From: Marispirochaeta sp.
GTDB lineage: Bacteria > Spirochaetota > Spirochaetia > JC444 > Marispirochaetaceae
Direction: 5' to 3'
Assembly: GCA_963676835.2 (NCBI GenBank)
Contig: CAXXFF010000002.1
Span: forward strand, 288,001 to 352,000
Length of the DNA: 64,000 nucleotides
Shown here: one piece after another, positions 1 to 9,489 of the stretch
How positions within the stretch are numbered: position 1 is the stretch's first letter
How the letters are laid out: each line of letters starts with the position of its first letter
Made by a program: the position numbers and the translations under genes
The notes under the pieces: model-generated
Database searches by the model: none
What the model saw: only the letters and a program-made list of their open reading frames with translations
What the model was told of the DNA's origin: nothing

Positions 1-1
1 G

Positions 2-397
2 CAGGCTATCTTCAGCAGCAGTTCAGCACCGGAAGATCCTTCACAGTGCGGAAATATAATCAATTTTCTTGATTCAAGAATCGTAGATAACGACTACAGA
101 CACGCAGCCTACCACCTCAGCAAGAGAATGTTTTTTGACATTACCCGCATGCTCAGCCTGGATCTGGCTCCGATAATCAAGGTAAATGCCATCGCCCCCG
201 GACTGATCCTGCCCCCGGAAGGAGAGCAGGTGGAGTATCTGGAAAAACTGAGCTCTACCAATCCTCTCAATCGCTACGGGAACCTGACAGACATAAGCTC
301 TTCCCTGCTGTTTCTTATACAGAACAGCTTCATAACCGGGCAGACCCTGTTTGTCGATGGAGGAAGAAGAATGAAAGGAAGTATGTATGGAGTATAG
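2..397 (+). CDS. Short-chain dehydrogenase/pteridine reductase (FolM/PTR1-like), 5' truncated by window edge
   Basis: Frame open from position 2; GNIINFLD, YHLSK (YxxxK), VNAIAPG and FITGQTLFVDGG SDR motifs; precedes folB-folK-folE. Confidence 0.8.
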   Translation, partial: QAIFSSSSAPEDPSQCGNIINFLDSRIVDNDYRHAAYHLSKRMFFDITRMLSLDLAPIIKVNAIAPGLILPPEGEQVEYLEKLSSTNPLNRYGNLTDISSSLLFLIQNSFITGQTLFVDGGRRMKGSMYGV

Positions 398-785
398 CAG
401 ACCGGCGGATAGAATACATATCCGCGAAATCCTTGTACGCTGCCTTATTGGACTCAACCCCGATGAACGGATAAAAAAGCAGGATGTGCTCATTTCCCTC
501 ACCCTTGAAGGGGATCTGCTGGAAGCAGGCGAAACGGACGATATCAACAAAACCATCGACTACAAATCCCTGAAAAACCGGGTAATCAGCTTTACCGAGG
601 AAAGTTCCTTTCTGCTCATTGAGCGGCTTGCCCACGAAATCGGCTTTATCTGTCTGCAGCATCCCCGGGTTGAGGCTGTGCTTGTACAGTTAGATAAACC
701 GGGAGCTCTCAGGTTTGCGAAGAGTGTGGCGGTAGAGGTTTACCGCACCAGGGATAACTACCCCGGGGAAAGATTCAATGGCTGA
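387..785 (+). CDS. folB: Dihydroneopterin aldolase (FolB/FolX family)
   Basis: IG...ER...QDV, DDINKTIDY, FLLIERLA and KPGALRFAKSV motifs; folate cluster context. Confidence 0.8.
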   Translation: MEYSRPADRIHIREILVRCLIGLNPDERIKKQDVLISLTLEGDLLEAGETDDINKTIDYKSLKNRVISFTEESSFLLIERLAHEIGFICLQHPRVEAVLVQLDKPGALRFAKSVAVEVYRTRDNYPGERFNG

Positions 786-1296
786 AATTTATATATCCGC
801 AGGCTCCAATATCGAGCCTGAAAAATATTTATCCCTGGGACTGGAACTCCTCTGTGAAAAGCTTGACCTGATAAGAATATCAACCCATTACCGCAACACC
901 CCTGCCGGTGGACGCAGGCAGCATGACTATGTGAACGGAATATGGCATGTACAATCCCGGCATAGACCCATGAAGATCCGGAAAATTCTCAAAAAAATCG
1001 AGGCAGCCTGCGGCAGGGTCCGCACCGAGGATCCATACAGTTCCCGAACCCTGGATTTAGACCTGATTCTCTGGGACGACCTTATTCTGAATAAAAAAAG
1101 GCTCACCCTGCCCGATCCGGATATTCATGAGCGGGCCTTTATTTTCCAGCCGCTCCTGGAACTGGAGCCGGAGATCCGGATCCCAGGGGACAAGGCTAAT
1201 CTTTCAAAACTGGTTAACCCGGTGAGAGACCTCTACTACTCCCCCATCACCGAAACCCTCACCACCATACAGGACAGGTATAAGGAGAAAAAATGA
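778..1296 (+). CDS. folK: 2-amino-4-hydroxy-6-hydroxymethyldihydropteridine diphosphokinase
   Basis: [18 protein letters not shown] and [20 protein letters not shown] motifs. Confidence 0.92.
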   Translation: MAEIYISAGSNIEPEKYLSLGLELLCEKLDLIRISTHYRNTPAGGRRQHDYVNGIWHVQSRHRPMKIRKILKKIEAACGRVRTEDPYSSRTLDLDLILWDDLILNKKRLTLPDPDIHERAFIFQPLLELEPEIRIPGDKANLSKLVNPVRDLYYSPITETLTTIQDRYKEKK

Positions 1297-1859
1297 ATAC
1301 TGAACGTGTTGCAGAACTGATACGGCTGCTGTTGATAGAACTCGGAGAAGATCCCAACAGGGAAGGCCTGCTGAAAACACCGGAGCGTGCAGCCAAAGCC
1401 TGGGAATACCTTACTTCCGGTTACCGCCGCAATGTGGACGAAGTAATAAACGGGGCGGTATTCGAGTCAGAGGCGAACAACATGATTATTGTCCGGGATA
1501 TAGAAGTATACAGCCTCTGCGAACATCATATGCTGCCCTTCTTCGGCAGAGTTCATATCGGTTATATCGCAAAGGACAAGGTTCTGGGAGTAAGTAAGCT
1601 TGCCCGTATTGCAGATGTCTACGGCCGTAGACTGCAGATTCAGGAGCGTTTTACCCGGCAGATAGCCAAGGCAGTCATGAATGCAACCAATGCTGAGGGT
1701 GTAGGCGTGGTAATGGAAGCAAAACATCTCTGTATGATGATGAGGGGAGTTGAAAAGCAGAATTCCGTCATGACCACATCATCTGTACTGGGAAGCTTTC
1801 ACGATGATGAAGCAACCAGACTCGAATTTCTCCAGCTTATTGGTAAACCAGCAGGCTGA
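1293..1859 (+). CDS. folE: GTP cyclohydrolase I
   Basis: [42 protein letters not shown]. Confidence 0.97.
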   Translation: MNTERVAELIRLLLIELGEDPNREGLLKTPERAAKAWEYLTSGYRRNVDEVINGAVFESEANNMIIVRDIEVYSLCEHHMLPFFGRVHIGYIAKDKVLGVSKLARIADVYGRRLQIQERFTRQIAKAVMNATNAEGVGVVMEAKHLCMMMRGVEKQNSVMTTSSVLGSFHDDEATRLEFLQLIGKPAG

Positions 1860-1873
1860 CAAAACTCAGGATA

Positions 1874-1914
1874 TTGTAATCAATCATTTATGGTGATAGT
1901 ATCACCATAAATGA
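1874..1914 (+). promoter_or_regulatory. Sigma70 promoter overlapped by a perfect 15-1-15 palindromic operator (Fur/Zur-like)
   Basis: TTGTAA 1874-1879, 17 nt spacer, TG-n-TAGTAT 1897-1902; TCATTTATGGTGATA-G-TATCACCATAAATGA at 1884-1914. Confidence 0.75.
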
Positions 1915-2297
1915 ACACAAACAACCATACTTCACCATCACTTGAAGTATTCAACGAAACAATTCAGATATTCACTCATAACGGCAACTGGCTGCATCCG
2001 CTTTTTGCCCTGGAAGAATTCCTCAGTACCAACGGACCGGTTACCGGGAAATGGCGGCTCCGGGATAAAATAATCGGTAAGGCGGCAGCCATGCTTATTT
2101 TTCGCATGGGATTCAGAACCGTTCATGCCGGGATTATCAGCAAACCGGCGGTTGATTTTCTTCAGGCAAAAGCGGTCCAACTCTCCTGGGATCAGCTGGT
2201 GGATCAGATTCAATGTAAAACTGAAGAACTGTATGCCGACCGGAACGATGTTGATCAGGCATGGACAGAACTGAGAAAACGGGCCGGGCTTGAATGA
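1911..2297 (+). CDS. DUF1893 (TM1506-like) protein
   Basis: WLHPLF, DKIIGKAAAML, HAGIISKPA and C-x-TEE pattern typical of DUF1893. Confidence 0.75.
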   Translation: MNTNNHTSPSLEVFNETIQIFTHNGNWLHPLFALEEFLSTNGPVTGKWRLRDKIIGKAAAMLIFRMGFRTVHAGIISKPAVDFLQAKAVQLSWDQLVDQIQCKTEELYADRNDVDQAWTELRKRAGLE

Positions 2298-3049
2298 CAG
2301 ACACTCTTCTCTCTTTTGAAAATGTATCTGTCCGCCGGGGCTCAAGAACGGTCCTCAGGAATCTTACTTTCCAAATCAATCGGGGAGAGCGGATTATTCT
2401 TACCGGGGAAAACGGCTGTGGAAAAACCACCCTGCTAAAAACAGCTCTTGGCTTTCTTCAGCCCGATTCCGGAAACATCTACGCTGTACGGGGAAAGGGC
2501 AGCGACCGCTTTGCCTACCTTCCCCAGTTCTCCCTGCAGGGAGAACTGCCTATCTCAGCCAGGGAAGTTGTTGCCATCGGACTGGTAAACAGCAGACTGT
2601 CAAAAACAGAGATGAACCGGAAAGCGCAAGATCTTCTAAAATCCCTCGACTGCCTGAATCTTGCAGACCGTCCCTTTGCCCAGCTTTCCGGAGGCGAAAA
2701 ACAGAGAGTCTCCCTTGCCCGCTGTCTTGCCCAGGCTCCGGATCTGCTGATTCTGGATGAACCCACTGCCAGTCTCGATCCACAGATGCGCAGCCGCTTT
2801 TATCCCCTGCTTCTGAAGCTGGCGGAGAGCCATAAAACGGCGGTCCTCCTTGTTACCCACGACCTTACCGGCATACCCGCCGAAGGGTGGACCCGCAAGC
2901 GGCTGGCTCAGCAAATAGACGGCACCTTTCTTCAGAAGGAACTTCAGGAGGAACTTCAAGAACACCTTCAAAAGGAGCTTGAAGAGAAAACAGAAAAGAA
3001 AAACAGAGGGGAAAGCACTGTATCGGGAAAGGTAATGCAGAATGCTTGA
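2294..3049 (+). CDS. Metal (Zn/Mn) ABC transporter ATP-binding protein
   Basis: Walker A GENGCGKTT, LSGGEKQRV, LILDEPT, VTHD; operon with ZnuB-like permease. Confidence 0.9.
   Translation: MTDTLLSFENVSVRRGSRTVLRNLTFQINRGERIILTGENGCGKTTLLKTALGFLQPDSGNIYAVRGKGSDRFAYLPQFSLQGELPISAREVVAIGLVNSRLSKTEMNRKAQDLLKSLDCLNLADRPFAQLSGGEKQRVSLARCLAQAPDLLILDEPTASLDPQMRSRFYPLLLKLAESHKTAVLLVTHDLTGIPAEGWTRKRLAQQIDGTFLQKELQEELQEHLQKELEEKTEKKNRGESTVSGKVMQNA
2930..2989 (+). repeat. In-frame 12-nt tandem repeat x5 (LQKE-LQEE-LQEH-LQKE-LEEK)
   Basis: cttcagaaggaa cttcaggaggaa cttcaagaacac cttcaaaaggag cttgaagagaaa. Confidence 0.7.
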
Positions 3050-3851
3050 GTATCTCGCCCTGCCCCCTATCCAGCGGGGTTTAATGGCCCTGGTCGCCGC
3101 GAGCATAGCCTTTCCTCTTATCGGGGTGTTTGTTATACGCATGAACCTTATAACCCTGCGTTTTATGCTCATGCACGGCGCTCTCCTGGGCAGCGCCCTG
3201 GCCATGGGAATGCACCTGTCCCCTCTTGCCGGCAGCCTCATAGTCAATATTCTGCTGATAATTCTGCTCATCAGTGTAACCGGCAGAGGAGAGTTCCGCA
3301 CCGGGAATACCATTACATTTTTTATGGTTCTCAGCGTAGCCCTGGCGGTGATTGTTATCTATAAGGCAGATGTGCCAGCCAAGGATGCACTCAGTATTCT
3401 CTGGGGAAATCTCTACGCCGTCCGCCCCCTGGAGCTTGGGCTCAATGCGGGGGTCTGTGCCTCTGTTGTTCTTGCGATTATTGCTACCAGACGACGGCTG
3501 ACCGCGGTTCTTTTCAATTACGAAATTGCCACTACCTCAGGCATATCTGCAGAACGGTACCGAAGGATTATCCTCCTAGGAGCCGGCATCGCCATTGCGG
3601 TATCCATGCGTCTGGTAGGAGCCCTGCTGATGGACTCCCTCATTCTGCTCCCAGCCTTTTCCTCCCTGATGATCGCCGGAAGTACCCTGGGTATGTTCAT
3701 GTTTTCCTCCCTGCTGGGTCTTGCGGCAGCGATAGCCGGCTTCTGCCTCTCAATTATCTGGGATATTCCCGTAAGTGCCGGGGTAACCCTTATTTCTGCT
3801 CTCATTTTCGGGACCCTGGTCCTGATCAAATCTTATAGGAGAAACGGATGA
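3042..3851 (+). CDS. Metal ABC transporter permease (ZnuB/TroCD-like)
   Basis: Hydrophobic; LMHGALLG, LWGNL and VGALLM...LILLPA ABC-3 motifs. Confidence 0.9.
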   Translation: MLEYLALPPIQRGLMALVAASIAFPLIGVFVIRMNLITLRFMLMHGALLGSALAMGMHLSPLAGSLIVNILLIILLISVTGRGEFRTGNTITFFMVLSVALAVIVIYKADVPAKDALSILWGNLYAVRPLELGLNAGVCASVVLAIIATRRRLTAVLFNYEIATTSGISAERYRRIILLGAGIAIAVSMRLVGALLMDSLILLPAFSSLMIAGSTLGMFMFSSLLGLAAAIAGFCLSIIWDIPVSAGVTLISALIFGTLVLIKSYRRNG

Positions 3852-4615
3852 AACGTTTTTATACCCTTATTTTTACCTTTGTTTTTGCCCTTTTATTAAG
3901 CGTATCCCTTTTTGCCGGAGGCTCTTCGGAAAAGGAAGATTCCAGCCCCGTAATAGCCACTACATCGTGGACGGCAGCTTTTGCGGAAGTTGCCGGTGTG
4001 AGCGGCGCCGCTGTACTTGCCCCCTACGACCTGCAGCATCCGCCGGAATATGAAATTACCCCGTCGGACATAAAATCCGTAAGCGAAGCCGACATGATTA
4101 TCTACGCCGGCTACGAAGTAATGATGGAGCGCCTCAAGGAATCCGCCGGAAACGATGCTGTCATGGTACAGATAACTACGGTAAACACCCTTCCGGTTAT
4201 AACCGAATCAGTACACCTCATTGCAGAAGCGGCAGGCACGCAGGAGAAAGCAGAAGCGAACCTGAAAGAAATTCAGGCCTTTTTTGCAGACTGGAAGAAA
4301 GAACTTGCCCCTTATGCAGATGTTCCGGTCATTACCCACTCCTTTCTTGCAGGACTCGCCAAGAGCCTGGGGTTGACCGTTGCTGGAACCTATGGGCCTG
4401 CGCCATTAGAGGCCAAACAGCTTAAAGAGCTTACCGATACCGGCGCCCTGGTGATAATCGACAACTGGCATACAAAGGTAGGCCAGCCCCTAATGGAAAC
4501 CATGCCTGATGCCAAAACTGCGGTACTGATCAACTTTCCCGGCAAGGACGGTACCCGGACGCTTATGGATGTGCTCGAGTACGACCGGGAAGCTATACTT
4601 GCGGCTTTCCGCTGA
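3848..4615 (+). CDS. Metal ABC transporter substrate-binding protein (ZnuA/TroA-like)
   Basis: Signal peptide; HPPEYEITPSD...ADMIIYAGYE; operon context. Confidence 0.8.
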   Translation: MKRFYTLIFTFVFALLLSVSLFAGGSSEKEDSSPVIATTSWTAAFAEVAGVSGAAVLAPYDLQHPPEYEITPSDIKSVSEADMIIYAGYEVMMERLKESAGNDAVMVQITTVNTLPVITESVHLIAEAAGTQEKAEANLKEIQAFFADWKKELAPYADVPVITHSFLAGLAKSLGLTVAGTYGPAPLEAKQLKELTDTGALVIIDNWHTKVGQPLMETMPDAKTAVLINFPGKDGTRTLMDVLEYDREAILAAFR

Positions 4616-4680
4616 AGATCTCTCTTACCAGGCTGAAGCTCTCATAAAATCGACTATCTGTCTTTAACAGACATTTCTTA

Positions 4681-4711
4681 CCGTTCCTCTTCTGGAGGAG
4701 CGGTTTTTTTT
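4681..4711 (+). terminator. Rho-independent terminator
   Basis: CCGTTCCTC-TTCTG-GAGGAGCGG followed by a T run. Confidence 0.8.
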
Positions 4712-4722
4712 GCAGAAAAATA

Positions 4723-4781
4723 TTGACAGATATGAAAAGTAGTACTAAATTCATATTGTACTAATTCATTAGTACAATATG
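4723..4781 (+). promoter_or_regulatory. Promoter with YtrA-type GntR operator
   Basis: TTGACA at 4723; perfect inverted repeat CATATTGTACTAA-TTCA-TTAGTACAATATG at 4752-4781 upstream of the gntR gene. Confidence 0.8.
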
Positions 4782-4804
4782 TGCCAAGGAGGCAGAACAG
4801 CACC

Positions 4805-5197
4805 ATGGCTCCCAAAAAAAACGACACCCTGCAGTTTAGTCTCGATCCGAAAAGCGGAGTACCATTCTACAAACAGATCATACTTCAGATAGAGATGGCC
4901 ATTGCTGATAACCGCCTGACCAGGGGCGATCAGCTACCCACGGTACGCAGTCTGGCAGTGGAGCTTCAGATCAATCCCAATACCGTGGCCCGGGCATACG
5001 GAGAGCTGGAAATCCGGGGCATAGTAACTACCCAGCAGGGAACCGGTACATTTATTGCCGACAAAGAGATTCAGCTGGACGATATAGAGCGGGAACGCAT
5101 CCTTGCAGAACTCACCCGCAGTTTTATAAGCCAGGCCGGATCGTATGGATTCAGCGTGGAAGATATTGCAGCTTACCTTCGGGAAATAAGCAGTTAA
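4805..5197 (+). CDS. GntR family transcriptional regulator, YtrA subfamily
   Basis: PFYKQI, LPTVRSLAVELQINPNTVARAY, QGTGTFI; short C-terminus; ATG 4805 follows AGGAGG. Confidence 0.92.
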   Translation: MAPKKNDTLQFSLDPKSGVPFYKQIILQIEMAIADNRLTRGDQLPTVRSLAVELQINPNTVARAYGELEIRGIVTTQQGTGTFIADKEIQLDDIERERILAELTRSFISQAGSYGFSVEDIAAYLREISS

Positions 5198-5210
5198 GGA
5201 GGATCAGATA

Positions 5211-6295
5211 ATGAAACTGAATTTCAGCGGGGCGGATTTCTCCCGCATCAAGAACCAGCCGCGTAAAAAGTTTGTCAGGGACTTTCATTTTTCCACCTAT
5301 TCATTCCTGACTCTCTTTCTCTTCACCGGCTTGAGTGCCGCAAGCCTCATCCTCTCCTATTCATGGTTTTCTGCAGAAGGTCTTGCCGCTATCGGCATGG
5401 GCATGATTGTCGCAGGACTACTGATGGCGCTGCTCCCGGTATGGAGCGTCCAGGTTCTTGCATTAATTATCGCCTGGGGATTTATGGCCTCTTTCGGCGG
5501 CATAAGCTATACCCCGGCCTATATAATTTCCGGCACAGGCATCCTGTTGTCAGCTTCTGTTCAGCTGGTTTTTCACTGGGATAAGGTAATCATTCTCCGC
5601 TTCGGCCGTTTCCGCAAGGTAAAGGATGCAGGCATTGTCTTTCTGCTGCCCATTATCGACCGCATTGCCGATTTTGTGGATACCCGCATACGGGTAACCG
5701 ATTTCAGTGCCGAGCGCACCCTTACCCGGGATAATGTACCTGTCCATATCGACGCCCTCTGTTTCTGGATGATCTGGGATGCCGGCAAGGCAATTCTGGA
5801 AGTGGAAAACTACATCCAGGCGGTTACCCTTTCCGCCCAGACCGCCCTCCGTGATGCCATCGGCAAGAATGATCTATCAACCCTGCTTTCAGAAAGAGAG
5901 GAGGTGGGAAAGGAAATACAGCGTATCCTTGATGCCAAAACAAACCCCTGGGGAATAAGCATCTTTTCCGTGGAATTTACCGACATCATTATTCCAAAGG
6001 AACTTGAAGACGCCATGAGCCGTAAAGCCCAGGCGGAACGGGAACGGCAGGCCAGAATAATTCTGGGAACTGCAGAGGCAGAAGTGGCTTCAAAGTTTGA
6101 AGAAGCGGCAGAGCGTATAGAGACAATCCGGAAGCGCTGCAGCTGAGAGCCATGAACATGGTGTATGAAAGCATGAAACAGAACAAGAATTCCCTTATGC
6201 TGCTGCCGTCATCCGCCCTTGAATCAATGAACCTCGGGACAGCCCTGGGAGCCGCTGCATTCCAGAAGGAGGAAAAGAATGATCCAGGTAAATAA
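5211..6295 (+). pseudogene. SPFH/stomatin (slipin) protein with an apparent 1-nt frameshift near 6116
   Basis: Band-7 motifs (AQTALRDAIG, NPWGI, AQAERERQA); the conserved tail YRDNPEALQLRAMN continues in the -1 frame to TAA 6293-6295. Confidence 0.75.
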
Positions 6296-6956
6296 TATCC
6301 AGAAAGACTACACCAGCGGAGAAACTACCGTACACGCCCTCCGGGGAGTCAGCCTTGAGATACAAGGCGGAGAGTTTCTCTCCATCGCCGGTCCTTCGGG
6401 ATCCGGAAAAACCACCCTCCTCAACATTATCGGCTGTATAGATTCCTCCGATGCAGGAGAAATAATTATTGACCATCAGCAGGTCTCATCCATGACCAAA
6501 AAAGAGCTGGCCCGGTTCAGAAGGCACAACCTCGGCTTTATCTTTCAGTCCTTCAATCTGATCCCGGTGCTTTCAGCCTATGAAAATGTCGCCTTCGCTT
6601 TGAATCTGCTGAACCTTAAAGAAGATGAAATCCGGGGCCGTACAATGCAGCTTTTGAAGGAAGTAGGTCTTGAAGGCATGGAAAGCCGCAGACCCGCCAG
6701 GCTCTCCGGCGGACAGCAGCAGAGAGTCGCCATTGCCCGGGCGCTGATAAAAAATCCCGGAATTATTCTGGCAGACGAACCTACGGCAAACCTCGACTCG
6801 GATACCGGCAAAGCCGTCCTTGAGCTTATGAAGGAGATGAACGAGAAACATAATACCACCTTTATTTTTTCAACCCACGACCCGATGGTAATGGATTTTG
6901 CAGACAGACTGGTACAGCTTCACGACGGCCGGGTAACTCAGGATTCAAGGAGGTGA
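6279..6956 (+). CDS. LolD/MacB-type ABC transporter ATP-binding protein
   Basis: GPSGSGKTT, GFIFQSFNLIP, LSGGQQQRVAIARAL, LADEPTANLD. Confidence 0.93.
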   Translation: MIQVNNIQKDYTSGETTVHALRGVSLEIQGGEFLSIAGPSGSGKTTLLNIIGCIDSSDAGEIIIDHQQVSSMTKKELARFRRHNLGFIFQSFNLIPVLSAYENVAFALNLLNLKEDEIRGRTMQLLKEVGLEGMESRRPARLSGGQQQRVAIARALIKNPGIILADEPTANLDSDTGKAVLELMKEMNEKHNTTFIFSTHDPMVMDFADRLVQLHDGRVTQDSRR

Positions 6957-6959
6957 TGT

Positions 6960-8213
6960 ATGAAATTCCTCCTTTCCCTGGCATTTAAAAATCTTACCCG
7001 GTATACAAAAAGAACGGTTATTACCGCGTCAGCCATAGCCTTCGGCCTTGGCCTGTTTATCTTTATGGACAGCTGGCTTAAGGGAATGGAACGGGACTCG
7101 GAGATAAACCTGATTAACTACGAAACCGGATCAGCACAGATAATGGACCCCGGCTACCTTGACGAAAGAGATACCCTGCCCCTTAAGTACACCGTGGAGA
7201 ATAGCGCAGAACTTGCCGTTTTACTTAAAAATCAGGGATATAACACTGCCCCCCGGATTCACTTCACCGCCGAGCTTTTTGTAAGGGAAGACCCTTACCC
7301 GGAAGACGGTTCACTCTTTGTCACCGCCGTGGCAATAGATCCGGAAAGGGACGATTCGGTCTTCAAAATGAACGAGACCCTCACAAGCGGCCGCTACCTC
7401 AAACCCGATGATAACGGCGTATTAATCGGAGAGTGGCTTGCCAGCGACCTGGGAGCAGAAATCGGCTACCCCATAACCCTGAAAACCCGCACCAGAAACG
7501 GTGCCTACGAGACAATGGACCTTGAAGTTACGGGAATCCTTAACGTACCGAACCCGCTCCTTAATAAAGGCACCGTTTTTCTGCCCCTGAGCCTGGCCGA
7601 TTACTATCTGGACATGGGCGGCGAAGTTACAGAAATTGCAGTGAATTTCAGTCTGAGCAGGAACCCCGACACTGAGGCGGCAAAAATCGAAGAAATGCTG
7701 AACAGTAAGGGAATAGACATGAAAGTCCATTCCTGGCGGGATCTTGCCAGAGATTATGTTGCAATAGCCTCAATGAAATCCGGAGGCTCCAGGGTCATAC
7801 TCTTTCTGGTTATTGTTATAGCCATGGTGGGAATATCAAATACCATGCTCATGGCGGTCTTCGAACGGGTCCGGGAACTGGGAATGATGCGGGCTATGGG
7901 AATGTCCTCCGGTCAGATCCGGCTGGCATTTCTCTTTGAGGCCGGGGGAATCGGTCTTATCGGCTCCATAATCGGGGTACTCTTCGGATGTCTGATCAAC
8001 TGGCCTTTTGTAGTATGGGGATGGGATCTGACAGATTTGATCCAGCAGATGGACATAGGCTACCGCATATCCGGGGCTTTCCGCAGCATGTGGCGGGTCC
8101 AGACAATCATTCAGTCCTTCTTTGCAGGGATAATCATTGCCATGGCAGTGGCTCTTGTACCGATACGGCGGGCACTTAAAATGCAGATAACCGAGTGCCT
8201 GAGAGACGAATAG
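6960..8213 (+). CDS. LolC/E (FtsX-like) ABC permease
   Basis: Large periplasmic loop; NTMLMAVFERVRELGMMRAMG. Confidence 0.9.
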   Translation: MKFLLSLAFKNLTRYTKRTVITASAIAFGLGLFIFMDSWLKGMERDSEINLINYETGSAQIMDPGYLDERDTLPLKYTVENSAELAVLLKNQGYNTAPRIHFTAELFVREDPYPEDGSLFVTAVAIDPERDDSVFKMNETLTSGRYLKPDDNGVLIGEWLASDLGAEIGYPITLKTRTRNGAYETMDLEVTGILNVPNPLLNKGTVFLPLSLADYYLDMGGEVTEIAVNFSLSRNPDTEAAKIEEMLNSKGIDMKVHSWRDLARDYVAIASMKSGGSRVILFLVIVIAMVGISNTMLMAVFERVRELGMMRAMGMSSGQIRLAFLFEAGGIGLIGSIIGVLFGCLINWPFVVWGWDLTDLIQQMDIGYRISGAFRSMWRVQTIIQSFFAGIIIAMAVALVPIRRALKMQITECLRDE

Positions 8214-8223
8214 GGAGGACCGT

Positions 8224-9468
8224 ATGAAACTTTCCCATATAGCTTTCAGAAATATCAGCCGCAACCGCCGCCGCAGTCTTCTCTGCATGGCCGCCATAAG
8301 CCTTGCTGCCATGACAATCGTTCTGATGTTCAGCATGATTACCGGAATGCGGGCCGACCTCAAATGGAATGTTCAGGCCTATTTCACCGGACAGATCCGT
8401 ATTCGCCACAGCGAGTACGATGATAAGGAGCTTTTAAACCCGCTGCACCTGCGTCTGCAGAGCTGGCAGACCATTATAGACGATGTAAACCTTCTGGAAC
8501 CCCGGCCCGAGACCGCGGCGCGGATACCCTTTCCGGCAATACTGGATCCGCCTACTGTTGCCAATCCGCAGGGAGAAAATCTTACCGCCATGGGTACCGG
8601 CGTTGAATTCAGCACTGAAAAGGAGTTTCAGAACCTTAGCGATTATCTCCGCCAGGGGAGGCTGCCCGAAGCAGGTAAATCCGAAATTCTTCTGGGAAGC
8701 GGCCTTGCTGAGAAACTGGGAAAAAAGGTTGGAGAAAGTATTACAATACTTACCACCACTATGCGCAGAGGACCGAACGCAGCTACCTTCACCATCACCG
8801 GACTGGCTGATTTCAGAATTGCCGCCATGCAGCAAAGCTACTTCTACATTCCTCTGGACCGCGCCCAGCACATCCTGAAAATGGGCGACTCCGTAACCGA
8901 GATTCTTATTAAATTTGATTCTTCAGTCAGTGACACAGAGGCCAAAAAGATGGTCAGCTCTGTTCTTACAGAAAATGACAACGCCTCCGTCCGGGACTGG
9001 CGGGAACTCAACATGATGGTGGGCTGGATCGATTTTGCCCAGATAATGTACGACTTTATGGCGCTGATCTTCTTCATCCTCGCCTCCACAGTTATCATCA
9101 ACTCAATTATGATGATTATCTACGAGCGGATGCGGGAAATCGGCACCATCGCCGCCATGGGCATGCAGGGGAGCGAGATCGTGCGCCTCTTTTTCCTGGA
9201 AGCCCTCTTCCTTGCCGTTTTAGGCACTGCCGCCGGTGTTCTTGTCGGAACAGGTCTCACCATGCTGTTAAGCATTACCGGAATAGACTTTTCCTCAGGG
9301 ATGCAGGGAGTCGATTTTGATATAAGCAGCATCATATATCCGGTACTTAACCTGCGTTCCACCCTTGTTGTGTTCATCTATTCCGTAGCAGTGGCATCTG
9401 TATCAAGTCTTGTACCGACCCTCAGGGCGGCAAAAATTGAGCCCGTAGAGGCTCTGCGTCATACATAA
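8224..9468 (+). CDS. LolC/E (FtsX-like) ABC permease
   Basis: IAFRNISRNRRRS, ERMREIGTIAAMG, RAAKIEPVEALR. Confidence 0.9.
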   Translation: MKLSHIAFRNISRNRRRSLLCMAAISLAAMTIVLMFSMITGMRADLKWNVQAYFTGQIRIRHSEYDDKELLNPLHLRLQSWQTIIDDVNLLEPRPETAARIPFPAILDPPTVANPQGENLTAMGTGVEFSTEKEFQNLSDYLRQGRLPEAGKSEILLGSGLAEKLGKKVGESITILTTTMRRGPNAATFTITGLADFRIAAMQQSYFYIPLDRAQHILKMGDSVTEILIKFDSSVSDTEAKKMVSSVLTENDNASVRDWRELNMMVGWIDFAQIMYDFMALIFFILASTVIINSIMMIIYERMREIGTIAAMGMQGSEIVRLFFLEALFLAVLGTAAGVLVGTGLTMLLSITGIDFSSGMQGVDFDISSIIYPVLNLRSTLVVFIYSVAVASVSSLVPTLRAAKIEPVEALRHT

Positions 9469-9489
9469 TCCCGGACCAAGGAGTTTACC

